DNA of 64,000 bases, taken from an uncultured Pseudomonadales bacterium. GTDB lineage: Bacteria > Patescibacteriota > Microgenomatia > UBA1400 > Chazhemtobacteraceae. Numbering within the stretch: the first letter of the stretch is position 1; each line of letters starts with the position of its first letter. Below are positions 8,959 to 18,609 of this stretch, piece after piece. The notes under the pieces were generated by a model that searched no databases, was not told the origin of the DNA, and saw only the letters and a list, made by a program, of their open reading frames with translations. The stretch covers positions 587,786 through 651,785 of the forward strand of contig CAYQZQ010000001.1 in assembly GCA_964422035.1 (NCBI GenBank), read 5' to 3'. The position numbers and the translations under genes were made by a program.

Positions 8959-10015
8959 GGTTATTTTGGATATATTGGTGAAGAGCTTGCCAGTTATTAT
9001 CTCGAGGAATAAGGACCCATTGACCATCATAAGGGGCTTGATTAGTGGGGTGTTCTAAAATGCCTAATTCATTTTCTTGAGATTTTACAACTAACGGGAT
9101 CGAGCTTATGGATTTTGTATCAGCCATGAGAGTTAGACGAGCAAAAGCAGGGTATTCTGTCTGAGGAATGTCAGTGGTGATGTATTTTTGATATAAACCG
9201 AAGAGTTGGGAAATTTTTTGTGGTTTAAGTAAGGTTTTTTGAGAGAGAATTTTTTCTACAAAAGCCATGAGGACTTGTTGCTGGCGACGAGTGCGGGCAA
9301 AATCTGTTCCTTCCTCTCCTTGTGCATTGCGAGATCTGACGTATTTGAGAGCTCTGTCTCCGCTCATGATTTGTAGTCCGGCATCAAAATGAAGATGTTG
9401 ATAACGAGTACTCTCTGGATAGGCGTTTTCCATGCCGGGAATGGGGTATTTGTAGTCATCAAATGAGTTTTTAACATCGATATCAATACCTTCGACTAGA
9501 TCGATAGCTTTGGTAAAACCTTCAAAGTCTAGAGCAAAAGCGTAGTGAACTGGCAGTCCAGTTACCTCAGCAACTGAAGATTTGGCAAGAGTTAGCCCTT
9601 CACCTTGTTTTTTTTGCTCTCCGTAATAATAAGTGGCGTTTATTTTTGTCTTTAGAGAATCGACCCAAATGTCGCGAGGAATAGAGATCAAAGTGATCTT
9701 ACGACTGGGATGATGATAGGAAATAAGAAGAATGGAATCTGTTAAAAGCCTGCCTTGATGTCCCTCTCCTCCCATGCCCAGAAGTAGAACGTTAGTGTGG
9801 TCATTTGTGGTACGCAGTGTACTGGCAGGATTTTTAGTGATTGAGATAGCAGTGCTTGGTCCCTGCAACAAATTGTGAAAAAAATTTAAGGCTGGAGAAG
9901 AAAGGGAGTAAAAAATAAAAAGAACCACTCCTGTAAAGAGGATTAAGAAGGTGGTCTTAATTACTGGCAAGTGTTTGCCGAGCTTGCGTTGAATTTTTGA
10001 GATAAAACTACTCAC
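8948..10015 (-). CDS. LytR-CpsA-Psr (LCP) family cell-wall glycopolymer ligase
   Basis: N-terminal TM, then 'VLLLGMGGEGHQGRLLTDSILLISYHHPSRKITLISIPRDIWV', which is the canonical LCP core (D..R..D). 355 aa. Confidence 0.8.
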   Translation of the reverse strand: MSSFISKIQRKLGKHLPVIKTTFLILFTGVVLFIFYSLSSPALNFFHNLLQGPSTAISITKNPASTLRTTNDHTNVLLLGMGGEGHQGRLLTDSILLISYHHPSRKITLISIPRDIWVDSLKTKINATYYYGEQKKQGEGLTLAKSSVAEVTGLPVHYAFALDFEGFTKAIDLVEGIDIDVKNSFDDYKYPIPGMENAYPESTRYQHLHFDAGLQIMSGDRALKYVRSRNAQGEEGTDFARTRRQQQVLMAFVEKILSQKTLLKPQKISQLFGLYQKYITTDIPQTEYPAFARLTLMADTKSISSIPLVVKSQENELGILEHPTNQAPYDGQWVLIPRDNNWQALHQYIQNNLNQ

Positions 10016-10670
10016 GAGAGACTATTTTAGCAAACTTAATAGGATCGAGACTGGCTGAGCCGACCAAAACTCCATTTATATGTGGTTGAGAAAGAAAAGT
10101 ATCAACGTTTTGATCATCGACTGAGCCACCGTATAAGACATCGGGGGAAGAAGTAAGCTGATTGATCTGTCGAGCAACCTGGTTGGCTTGTAGGGGGTCT
10201 TCTGGTTTGTCAGAGCCTATTGCAGAAGCAGGTTCATAGGCATATATCAGATTACTTAGGTCTACAGAGCTGTCTTTTAAAGATTTGATCTGAGATTCTA
10301 AATACGGGAGATCAAGACAAACAATGGGAGTGATGTTGTTTTCAATTAATTTTTTAGCTTTGTCAACGACTTGTTCTGAATCACTGAAGGCTCTTGTTTC
10401 TGAGTGCCCTATTATGCAGAAGTTAACGAAATCTTTTATTTGCTTTGCGCTTACCTGGCCGGTGTGGGCTCCAGAAGAAAAGGGAGAGATATCCTGAGCA
10501 GTTAAGAGGAGGTTTGTTGAGTTACTAAGAGATTGGAGAAAAGGAAAAGAGGGAGATATGATAATTTTTTGGTCATCTTGTGGGATAAAGTTTTTATTAA
10601 ACTCTTCTAGCCAAGTATTCAAGTCAGATTGGGTGAAGTTTTGTTTGAAATTAGCAATGAAATAGTTCAT
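10008..10670 (-). CDS. tpiA: Triosephosphate isomerase (short form)
   Basis: 'FIANFKQN' (AGNWKMN-like), 'IIGHSETR' (GHSERR catalytic His) and 'VLYGGSV' loop motifs. 220 aa. Confidence 0.8.
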   Translation of the reverse strand: MNYFIANFKQNFTQSDLNTWLEEFNKNFIPQDDQKIIISPSFPFLQSLSNSTNLLLTAQDISPFSSGAHTGQVSAKQIKDFVNFCIIGHSETRAFSDSEQVVDKAKKLIENNITPIVCLDLPYLESQIKSLKDSSVDLSNLIYAYEPASAIGSDKPEDPLQANQVARQINQLTSSPDVLYGGSVDDQNVDTFLSQPHINGVLVGSASLDPIKFAKIVSRE

Positions 10671-10745
10671 TAAAAAAGATATGATTTATTTAATTGGTGT
10701 TTAAGATAAAGTTTATCACGACTTCATGTTAAAGTAGACAGTTGT

Positions 10746-12635
10746 ATGAGTAACTGGGAAGAAAAACTAAATAATCAACAATTAAGGGCGGTAACACATT
10801 CTGGGAGTCCTTTGCTGGTATTGGCAGGGGCCGGATCTGGAAAAACCAGAGTATTGACCCATCGAACAGCGAGGCTTATTAAGGAAGAGGGTGTTGAGCC
10901 AGAAAGAATTTTGTTGCTGACTTTTACAAACAAAGCGGCTGATGAGATGAAGAAGAGAGTCAAAAAATTGGTGGGAAGAACTCCTGGGTTTGCGGGAACG
11001 TTCCATTCGTTTTGCGCAGGCCTTTTGAGAAGATATGGAAAAGTAGTTGGATTGGATCCTGATTTTGTAATTTATGATCAAACGGATAAACGGCAGGCTT
11101 TGAAGATGGTGATGAAGGAGTTGGATATTGACAGCAAGGTCGTAAAAGTAAGAAGTGTGAGTGCTCAGATTTCAAATGCTAAAAATGAAATGCTTTCCTG
11201 CGAGTCATATTGGGACTTGGCTCGCGGCGGATATCAAGAGCGAGTGGCAAAGATCTGGAGAGACTATCAAAAGAGGTTGAAGGATTATCAGGCGGTAGAC
11301 TTTGATGATTTATTGCTCTACGGTGTAGGGTTACTTGGTAATGAGAGGGTAAAACAACAACTGCATGATAGGTATCGATATGTACTTGTTGATGAATATC
11401 AAGATACTAATAAAGCTCAGTATGAGCTTACTAAACTACTTGTGGAAGGAAATGAAGAAGGACTGACTGTGGTGGGAGATTTTTCCCAGAGCATATATTC
11501 TTGGAGAGGAGCAGATTATAGAAACTTGGAACACCTTAATCGAGACTTTAACAACCTAGAAACTGTTGAGTTAAAACAAAATTACAGAAGCACTCAAAAT
11601 ATCTTAGATGCGGCCTATGGAGTAATTGAAAATAATAACACTCACCCTATTTTGCAACTTGAGGCGACAAAAAATGAGGGCAAAAAAATTAAGTTATATA
11701 AAGGCAAGGACGAGAAAAGTGAGGCGAGATTTATACTAGATCAAATTAGAAAAGGTGATAGTTATAAAGACTTTGCAATTTTATATCGAACTAACGCTCA
11801 ATCAAGAGCTTTGGAGGAGAGATTTATTAAAAGTGGTACTCCTTATGTATTAGTGGGGGGGACAAAATTTTACGAAAGACGCGAGATTAAAGATATTTTG
11901 GCTTATCTGAAAGTAATAGCTAACTCAAAAGACAAAGTCTCTTGGGAAAGACTAGATAAGGTCGGGAAAAGAAGAAGGCAGGCGTTTGAGGAGTGGCTTA
12001 GTCAGTTAAAAAGCAAGAAGGAGCTTAGTAAAGTAAGTAGTGAAGAGTTTATGGCAGGAGTTTTGTCTAGCACTGATTATTTATCTTTGTATGACGAGGA
12101 GGATGAGAACGACTTGATGAGGTTGGAGAATATTAAGGAGTTGGCTTCAGTGGCAAGAGAGTTTTCAGATTTAAGGGCTTTCTTGGAAAATGTGGCTTTA
12201 GTGCAAAGCGAAGCCCAGTCTGATCTGGAAGACTCGGATAAGGTAACACTGATGACTATGCATGCTGCTAAGGGGCTGGAGTTTAAAAATGTGTTTGTGG
12301 TAGGAATGGAAGAAGGATTATTTCCACATTCAAGATCCTTGGGAGAAAAACAAGAACTGGAAGAAGAGAGGCGTCTTTGTTATGTCGCCTTTACTCGAGC
12401 AGAACAGAATTTGTTTTTAACTTATACAAAAAGCAGGCTATATTTTGGTAGAAGAACTAGCAATTCTCCTAGTAGATTTTTGACTGAGACTCCACAACAC
12501 TTAATTGAGTCTGTCAATAAAAAAGGAGGCAGAAAAATTATAGGGGCTGATTATAGTGAGGAAGCACCCAAGGTTGATGATGACAAGCTACAGAGAGCTG
12601 TGGCAGAGGATTTTGAAGAGATTGATAACTGGTAA
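10746..12635 (+). CDS. pcrA: ATP-dependent DNA helicase, UvrD/PcrA family
   Basis: Walker A 'LVLAGAGSGKTRVLTHR'; motif II 'VLVDEYQDTN'; 'TMHAAKGLEF' (motif V); 'VAFTRAEQNL' (motif VI). 629 aa. Confidence 0.85.
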   Translation: MSNWEEKLNNQQLRAVTHSGSPLLVLAGAGSGKTRVLTHRTARLIKEEGVEPERILLLTFTNKAADEMKKRVKKLVGRTPGFAGTFHSFCAGLLRRYGKVVGLDPDFVIYDQTDKRQALKMVMKELDIDSKVVKVRSVSAQISNAKNEMLSCESYWDLARGGYQERVAKIWRDYQKRLKDYQAVDFDDLLLYGVGLLGNERVKQQLHDRYRYVLVDEYQDTNKAQYELTKLLVEGNEEGLTVVGDFSQSIYSWRGADYRNLEHLNRDFNNLETVELKQNYRSTQNILDAAYGVIENNNTHPILQLEATKNEGKKIKLYKGKDEKSEARFILDQIRKGDSYKDFAILYRTNAQSRALEERFIKSGTPYVLVGGTKFYERREIKDILAYLKVIANSKDKVSWERLDKVGKRRRQAFEEWLSQLKSKKELSKVSSEEFMAGVLSSTDYLSLYDEEDENDLMRLENIKELASVAREFSDLRAFLENVALVQSEAQSDLEDSDKVTLMTMHAAKGLEFKNVFVVGMEEGLFPHSRSLGEKQELEEERRLCYVAFTRAEQNLFLTYTKSRLYFGRRTSNSPSRFLTETPQHLIESVNKKGGRKIIGADYSEEAPKVDDDKLQRAVAEDFEEIDNW

Positions 12636-12660
12636 ATAGGTTTGTTGATAAAATACATAT

Positions 12661-13671
12661 ATGATTAGAAAAATAAAAGAGAGGGAAAGAGAAGAATTTA
12701 ATAAGCTCGCCAGTCATCCTTTACAGGCTTGGGAGTGGGGGGAGTTCCGTAAGGAAACTGATATTGCAGTACTAAGGTTGGGTCGATATGAGAGTGATCA
12801 GTTGATTGAAACAGCTCAGATTACCTTTCACAAGATTCCTAGACTACCCTGGTCTGTGGGATATTGGCCGAAGGGAAAAATTCCAAGCAAGCAGATGATT
12901 GAGGCAGTCAAAAAAGAAGCAGAAGTGCATAAGGCAATAATGATCAAGTTGGAGCCAAATATCTTAGCAGAGGAGGGCAAGAGTAAGATAGATGAGCTTA
13001 AGAAGGATTTTAGATTAGTTGAAGGCAGGTCACTGTTTACCAAATGGAGTTTTTGGCTGGATCTTAAAAAAGACACTGAAGATATTTTGATGGATATGAA
13101 GAATAAAACACGTTACAACATCCGGTACGCAGATCGGCAAGGAGTTGAAGTGGTTAGAGATAATTCTTGGGAAAGCTTTGATAAATACTGGCGACTGATG
13201 AAAAGAACTATGGATCGACAGAACTTTTATGCTCATGATAAGGAATATCACAAATTGATGTTTAAAAACCTAAAGGGGGAAATAGCGCAATTGTTTAGAG
13301 CTGAGTACAATGGAGAAACACTAACAGCTTGGGTTGTGTTTGTTTTAAATGGTGTTCTTTATTACCCATATGGAGCTTCGACTCGCAAGCATAGAAATGT
13401 ACAAGCTTCGTCGCGAATGACTTGGGAGGTTATAAAGTTTGGCAAGGATCGAGGTTGCACTTTGTTTGATATGTGGGGCAGCCCTGGACCAAAACCAGAA
13501 AAAAGTGATCCGTGGTATGGTTTTTGGAGGTTTAAAAAAGGATTTGGGGCAAGGATTGTAGAGTTTGTCGGCAGCTGGGATCTGGTTTTGAGTCCATTTT
13601 TATATTCAATCTATCGGATTGGAAATACTACAAGATGGAAGATTTTGCGCTGGAAAGCTAAGCTGAAATAA
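12661..13671 (+). CDS. FemAB-family aminoacyl-tRNA-dependent peptidoglycan peptidyltransferase (GNAT fold)
   Basis: 336 aa. The C-terminal signature 'YYPYGASTRKHRNVQASSRMTWEVIKFGKDRGCTLFDMWG...WYGFWRFKKGFGARIVEFVGSWDL' matches the FemAB pattern (YYyGAS...y.FKkgFGg..ve.iG.fdl). Confidence 0.6.
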   Translation: MIRKIKEREREEFNKLASHPLQAWEWGEFRKETDIAVLRLGRYESDQLIETAQITFHKIPRLPWSVGYWPKGKIPSKQMIEAVKKEAEVHKAIMIKLEPNILAEEGKSKIDELKKDFRLVEGRSLFTKWSFWLDLKKDTEDILMDMKNKTRYNIRYADRQGVEVVRDNSWESFDKYWRLMKRTMDRQNFYAHDKEYHKLMFKNLKGEIAQLFRAEYNGETLTAWVVFVLNGVLYYPYGASTRKHRNVQASSRMTWEVIKFGKDRGCTLFDMWGSPGPKPEKSDPWYGFWRFKKGFGARIVEFVGSWDLVLSPFLYSIYRIGNTTRWKILRWKAKLK

Positions 13672-13675
13672 CAAG

Positions 13676-14500
13676 ATGGTTGACTTAAGGCAAAGTGATT
13701 TATATGCTCATTATCAAGAATTGAGGGACTGGGAGGTATCAGAGGTTTTTGATAAGAAAGGTAAAGCTGTGCAGGTGTTTATCAAACACATGCCGGTGGT
13801 GAAAGTTTCTGTGCTTAAGTGCCAGAGATTTGAAAGAGTGCCTGACTGGAGTTTGTTTAAGAAGTTTAAAAAGAAGAATAGAGTTGTATATACAGTTTTG
13901 GAGCCTTTGGGCGGAAGTAGGGAAAACTACCAGAGAGAGGGTTATAAAGTTAATAAGAACTCTTATCTTCCTACTCAGACAGTGGTGATTTCTTTAAATA
14001 AAGAAAGGGACTGTTTGTGGAATGATTTGTCAAAAGATGCGAGAAAAACTATCAATGATAGTAGGGTGGAAATTAGAAAATTAGATGGCAAAGCTGAAAG
14101 GAATGATTTTTGGAAAAAATGGAATAGTGAAAGTAAAATTATTACTCCCAGTTGGAAAAGTTTTCAGGACTTAATAGAGAGTTTTGATAAGAACATGTGG
14201 CTTATGGGCGCGTTTTTAGATAAAGAAATGGTGGCTGGCACGATAGTTTTGATTGCTGAAAGGAGAGCGTATTATTATTATGCCTGGACCAGCTTGAGAG
14301 GCCGTGAAGCGGGCGGACAATACAAGCTAGTCTGGGAAAGTATTTTGAGACTCAAAAAAGAAGATGTTGAATTTTTTGACTTAGAAGGGGTTGAGGATGA
14401 AAGATGGCCGAGAAAGAGTTGGAGAGGTTTTTCGCGTTTTAAAAGCAAATTTGGAGGTGAGAAGGTGTCTTTTTTGGGAAGTTTTTCTAAGTGGTTTTAA
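13676..14500 (+). CDS. FemAB-family paralogue (shorter, 274 aa)
   Basis: 'YYYAWTSLRGREAGGQYKLVWESILRLKKEDVEFFDLEG...FSRFKSKFGGEKVSFLGSF' repeats the FemAB C-terminal core. It sits immediately downstream of the first paralogue. Confidence 0.5.
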   Translation: MVDLRQSDLYAHYQELRDWEVSEVFDKKGKAVQVFIKHMPVVKVSVLKCQRFERVPDWSLFKKFKKKNRVVYTVLEPLGGSRENYQREGYKVNKNSYLPTQTVVISLNKERDCLWNDLSKDARKTINDSRVEIRKLDGKAERNDFWKKWNSESKIITPSWKSFQDLIESFDKNMWLMGAFLDKEMVAGTIVLIAERRAYYYYAWTSLRGREAGGQYKLVWESILRLKKEDVEFFDLEGVEDERWPRKSWRGFSRFKSKFGGEKVSFLGSFSKWF

Positions 14501-17500
14501 TATCAGAGTTTAACTGAGGTATGCCTTTAGGCCAACAGTGATCTTTAAAATCACAGCGGGAGCACACACTTTTGTCGTCTGTCCTGGGGAAGTTTAAATC
14601 CCTGATCTGTTTAACAGCTTGTTTGATAATTTTTTTGAGCTCATCGACTTCTTGAGTTGTAATTGAGAAGTCTTCTCTACCCTCTTTATTTTCTCTGTGT
14701 GGAGCTTCGACAAAATCGAGCTGGGTGGTTTTGGCGTGAACGTTAAGGCTATTATCTAGGTCAACAAGTAGCTTGTAAAAAACTAGTTGGCGTTTTAGAT
14801 TTCCTTGTGAATTTTTGGTAGTGCCTTTAATTTGACCTCTTGTTTTGCGTTTACCGGTTTTGTAGTCAACTAAGCGAACAGTTTTTGGATTGCTGTCAAC
14901 AAGATCAATGCGATCGATTTTTCCTGAGAGCTGAATATCATCCAAAAAGACTTGGGATTTGAAACCTCCAAAATATCTTTCTACAAAGTATGCTGGGGAG
15001 AATTTTTTATGATGCAGATCATAGTAAGCGGAAAGCACTTTTTCTCCGTGTTCTAGTCGGGTGCTTAGTTCTTGTGAGGTGAGAATCTCTTGCTTAAGAG
15101 ATTCTTTGAACTGTTTTATTAAAAAAGATTTTTTGGGAGTTTTGCGGTCTTTTTTTAGTTTGGAGTGAAATTTTTCTAAGGCAGTGTGAACAGCTGTTCC
15201 AAAAGAAAGATAAGGTTGTTTTGCTTTAGGGACTTTAAGTAGATTATTAAGTTTAAATTTATAAGGACACTCAAGATATGTATTAAGGGCAGTAACAGAT
15301 AGCTTGAAATCTTTAATTATATTTTCAAGATATTGAGCTTGTTTTTTATTTATTTTGCTGGACACTGCTGGTTGTAGTAGTTTTATGAGAAGTTTTTCAA
15401 GTTGCTCTTTGTCGTAGCTGTGCTCTATTTTGTCAATAAACTTTTGAGGGATTTCACTGATAAATTGGCTGGGCACTGCTTGTCTGGTGCGACCATTTTT
15501 GTTGTATGAATCAGCATAAGTGATAGTGAGGTCTTTTTTGGCCCTGGTCATGGCAACGTAAAATAAACGCCGTTCATCTTCGATGGGGTCGTGTTGTATC
15601 TTGTCTCCTTTTTTTAGTATCTGAGGCGGCAACTTGATTAATTGTCGAATTGTTTGATTCCCCCAGTGGCCATCGATAGCTTGAAAGATAAAAACATGAT
15701 CCCATTCAAGTCCTTTGGCCTTGTGGGCAGTTGTCAAAGTCACCTGTTGTTGAGCTTGTCCAAAGTCTGGTTGAGAGATGGTTAATCGGTTCTGATGCAT
15801 AAGCTCTAGGTATTCTAGAAACTGATTGAGGTTTAGTTCGCGATGAGATTGGTTTATGTTTTTTATTTCAGAAAAGAAAGCGTTTAGATTAACCAACTGT
15901 AGCGAGGAGTTAGGTTGGTCAAGAGACCATTTTAGAAGTCCTGACTGCTCTAGTACTTTTTGAACGAATTCTGTGAAGGTGGCTTGTGAGTCCAGCTTGT
16001 GCCATGAATGAAGTTGTTTGAGGAAGTTGGTAAATTTTTCTGGATTGTTTACAATTTGAGATTGGGAGAAATCTTCTTTTGAAATTAGATCAACTAAAGT
16101 GGTTTTTTGCTGACTTGCGTTTCGGGAAAGTTTAAGGATGTCGAGAGAGTCAATATTAAAGAAGGGGTAATGGAGAACGGTAAAAAGATCAAGATCGTCT
16201 AAAGCTTGCTTGCTTTTATTTATTACTTTGAAAAGCTTGATCAGGTATTTGACGACTGTCGAGTTTAAGACGTCTTGGTTGCCTTTTAGGGAAAACGGAA
16301 TTTGATGGTGTCTTAAGATGTCTGCGAGAGGATTTAGGTCGGTGTTATTGCGAACGATGATAGATATTTGATCAGGAGAAGTCTTGTTTTTGATAAGCTG
16401 TTTAATTTTTAGAGCGATGTAGTTTTGTTCGACTAGTTGGTGATCTAGATTGACTAGGGTTATTTTTTTGTCAGGTAGATCAATTTGTGCTTCTAGTTGT
16501 CTATCTAGGTTTGCAAAAACATTCTGAAGATCAAAATCGTTGTAACTAATTAGTTGATGAGCAGCATCGAGAATTGTTTGCTGAGAGCGGTAGTTATTTT
16601 TAAGAGTAATTACTTTGGCTTTTGGATATTGATCGGTGAATTCCAAGGGGTTTTCAAGGGAGGCTCCTGCAAATCTATAGATCGATTGTTGGTCGTCACC
16701 CACTACAAATATGTTGGCTCTTTCTTCCCAGTGAGATGTGAGAAGATTTACAATCTTATTTTGAGCCGAGTTTGTATCTTGATACTCATCTACAAGGAAG
16801 TAGTGGAATCTTTCTTGAAACTGGGCTAAAAGTTCTTGATTTTCTTGAAATTTGTCTATGACAAAATTTATCATGTCGGCAAAATCGTAGCGGCCTTTGT
16901 CTTGGAGAAGTTCTCGGTATTGAAAATAGATTTTTACTAGCTCAAGGTTTTTATTTAATGTGCGGGTTTTTCTATTAAATTCTGTAGTTGAGAGATCGTC
17001 TTTTTGAGAGTTGATTTCTTCTAGTTGTTCTTTGATGATCTGTTTAAAATAAGAGGGTTCAACTGCCTCTCGCTTAAGGTCTTGTAGAGCTGAGACAATT
17101 GCTTTTGCGTAATAATAAGGAGAATTGGTGGGCTTTAATAAATCAAAACTGTTTTCATCTAAGATGGTGTGGATTATTTGAAAATGTTCAAGGTCGGTTA
17201 GAGGTTGAGCTTGGGGCGCGATAGTAAAGTAGTCAGGATAGTCTTTAATCACTTGTGAACAAAACGAATGAAAGGTTGAGATGTGAATACGATACGCAGG
17301 CTGGCCTATTAGTTTGATTAGCCTGTCTCGCATGGCGACTGCGGCTGAGTCAGTGAATGTCAAAGCTAAGATGGCTGATGGCTCGGTGTCTGTATTTAAA
17401 AGAATATTGGCAATGCGAGTGGCAACAATCTGTGTTTTGCCTGTTCCTGGACCAGCAATAACCATAACTGGTCCTTCAATGGCATCAACCGCCTGTTTTT

Positions 17501-17561
17501 GGGAAGGGTTTAGCTCTTTGTAGGCCTTTTGAAATGCGGGTGTAATTTTTTTTTCAGTCAC
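14487..17561 (-). CDS. UvrD-like SF1 helicase fused to C-terminal iron-sulfur PD-(D/E)XK nuclease (AddA/AddB/Cas4-like single-chain helicase-nuclease)
   Basis: 1024 aa. Walker A 'MVIAGPGTGKTQIVATR'; 'FLVDEYQDTN'; 'TAHKAKGLEWDHVF'; 'YVAMTRAKKDL'. The C-terminus has 'LECPYKF', 'RLVDYKTGK' (the D-x-K of PD-(D/E)XK), 'QLVFYKL' (QhxxY) and 'CSRCDFKDHCW' (4-Cys cluster). Confidence 0.8.
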   Translation of the reverse strand: MTEKKITPAFQKAYKELNPSQKQAVDAIEGPVMVIAGPGTGKTQIVATRIANILLNTDTEPSAILALTFTDSAAVAMRDRLIKLIGQPAYRIHISTFHSFCSQVIKDYPDYFTIAPQAQPLTDLEHFQIIHTILDENSFDLLKPTNSPYYYAKAIVSALQDLKREAVEPSYFKQIIKEQLEEINSQKDDLSTTEFNRKTRTLNKNLELVKIYFQYRELLQDKGRYDFADMINFVIDKFQENQELLAQFQERFHYFLVDEYQDTNSAQNKIVNLLTSHWEERANIFVVGDDQQSIYRFAGASLENPLEFTDQYPKAKVITLKNNYRSQQTILDAAHQLISYNDFDLQNVFANLDRQLEAQIDLPDKKITLVNLDHQLVEQNYIALKIKQLIKNKTSPDQISIIVRNNTDLNPLADILRHHQIPFSLKGNQDVLNSTVVKYLIKLFKVINKSKQALDDLDLFTVLHYPFFNIDSLDILKLSRNASQQKTTLVDLISKEDFSQSQIVNNPEKFTNFLKQLHSWHKLDSQATFTEFVQKVLEQSGLLKWSLDQPNSSLQLVNLNAFFSEIKNINQSHRELNLNQFLEYLELMHQNRLTISQPDFGQAQQQVTLTTAHKAKGLEWDHVFIFQAIDGHWGNQTIRQLIKLPPQILKKGDKIQHDPIEDERRLFYVAMTRAKKDLTITYADSYNKNGRTRQAVPSQFISEIPQKFIDKIEHSYDKEQLEKLLIKLLQPAVSSKINKKQAQYLENIIKDFKLSVTALNTYLECPYKFKLNNLLKVPKAKQPYLSFGTAVHTALEKFHSKLKKDRKTPKKSFLIKQFKESLKQEILTSQELSTRLEHGEKVLSAYYDLHHKKFSPAYFVERYFGGFKSQVFLDDIQLSGKIDRIDLVDSNPKTVRLVDYKTGKRKTRGQIKGTTKNSQGNLKRQLVFYKLLVDLDNSLNVHAKTTQLDFVEAPHRENKEGREDFSITTQEVDELKKIIKQAVKQIRDLNFPRTDDKSVCSRCDFKDHCWPKGIPQLNSDIKTT

Positions 17562-17584
17562 TGTAAGAGATAGTATACAGGTGC

Positions 17585-18577
17585 TTATTCTTCTAAGAGA
17601 GAGTCTTGAGATGATTGAAGGGATTGAGCAGAATTGATTTTTTGACCTAATTTATTGAGATCTTGACCAGCGTTATTTGTTTGATTGTAAGCATTGGTGA
17701 CGTGACGATTTAAAGTTGAAAAAGTGTCTTCCAATTGGGAGTAATCTTTTCTCATACCTCTTAAGAGTTGAAGGACTTTTTTGGATCGGGCTTCTATTTT
17801 TTGTCCTTGAAACGAGAGCATTATAGTTTGAAGAGAGGCGTAGAGGGTGGTTGGTGAGACAGGATATACTCGCCTTTTTCTGGCATATTCAAGTGTATCG
17901 GGGTGGTTGACGATTTCATAATAGATAGATTCTGAGGGGAGATACATAAGAGCAAAATCTAGGGTTTCTTCGTCTGGTAAAACATATTTTTTGGATATAT
18001 CTCTAATGTGTTTTCTGACGTCTTTTATAAAAACCTTTTCGTATCTCTTTTTTTCTTCTTCGGTTTCTGCTTCAGCCATTTTTTGAAAGTTTTCCATGGG
18101 AAATTTGGAATCGATGGGCAAAATTCCAGCAGAGGTCTTTATGGCGGCATCTACAATGGCTCCGGATTTGAAGGTGTATTGAAGATGAAAGGCACTTTTA
18201 GGAAACATCTGAGTAATCAAATCTTTTAAGACTTCTTCTCCAATATTTCCACGTAGTTTGGGAGACTCTAGAAATTCTTGCAACTGGTGCATTGAACGAC
18301 CGATTTCACTGAAAGCTCCTGCTTCTTTTTTTAAGTCTGCCATTACTTGAGTGGTTTTCTCTAATCTTTGGTGAAGTTGACCATAGCTTTCCTGAAGGGT
18401 GCTGGTAATATTTTTGTTTTGTGAAGCAAGAGAGTCTTGCATGCTTTTAAGCCACTCAATAAGAGTTGAGTCTTGCTGGTTTTCTTGAATGGTGCTTAGT
18501 TTTTTTAATATTAGAAGGTAAAGAATTGCAAAACCAGCCATGATAGCTGCTAGTATAAGAAATGTGTCAGAGTTCAT
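17585..18577 (-). CDS. rmuC: DNA recombination protein RmuC
   Basis: N-terminal TM (FLILAAIMAGFAILYLLIL), a long coiled coil, then an RmuC-type C-terminal nuclease-like domain ('IDSKFPMENF...YVLPDEETLDFALMYLPSESIYYEI'). Confidence 0.75.
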   Translation of the reverse strand: MNSDTFLILAAIMAGFAILYLLILKKLSTIQENQQDSTLIEWLKSMQDSLASQNKNITSTLQESYGQLHQRLEKTTQVMADLKKEAGAFSEIGRSMHQLQEFLESPKLRGNIGEEVLKDLITQMFPKSAFHLQYTFKSGAIVDAAIKTSAGILPIDSKFPMENFQKMAEAETEEEKKRYEKVFIKDVRKHIRDISKKYVLPDEETLDFALMYLPSESIYYEIVNHPDTLEYARKRRVYPVSPTTLYASLQTIMLSFQGQKIEARSKKVLQLLRGMRKDYSQLEDTFSTLNRHVTNAYNQTNNAGQDLNKLGQKINSAQSLQSSQDSLLEE

Positions 18578-18609
18578 ATAGTTATATATTACTAGGATAA
18601 AATGGAATT

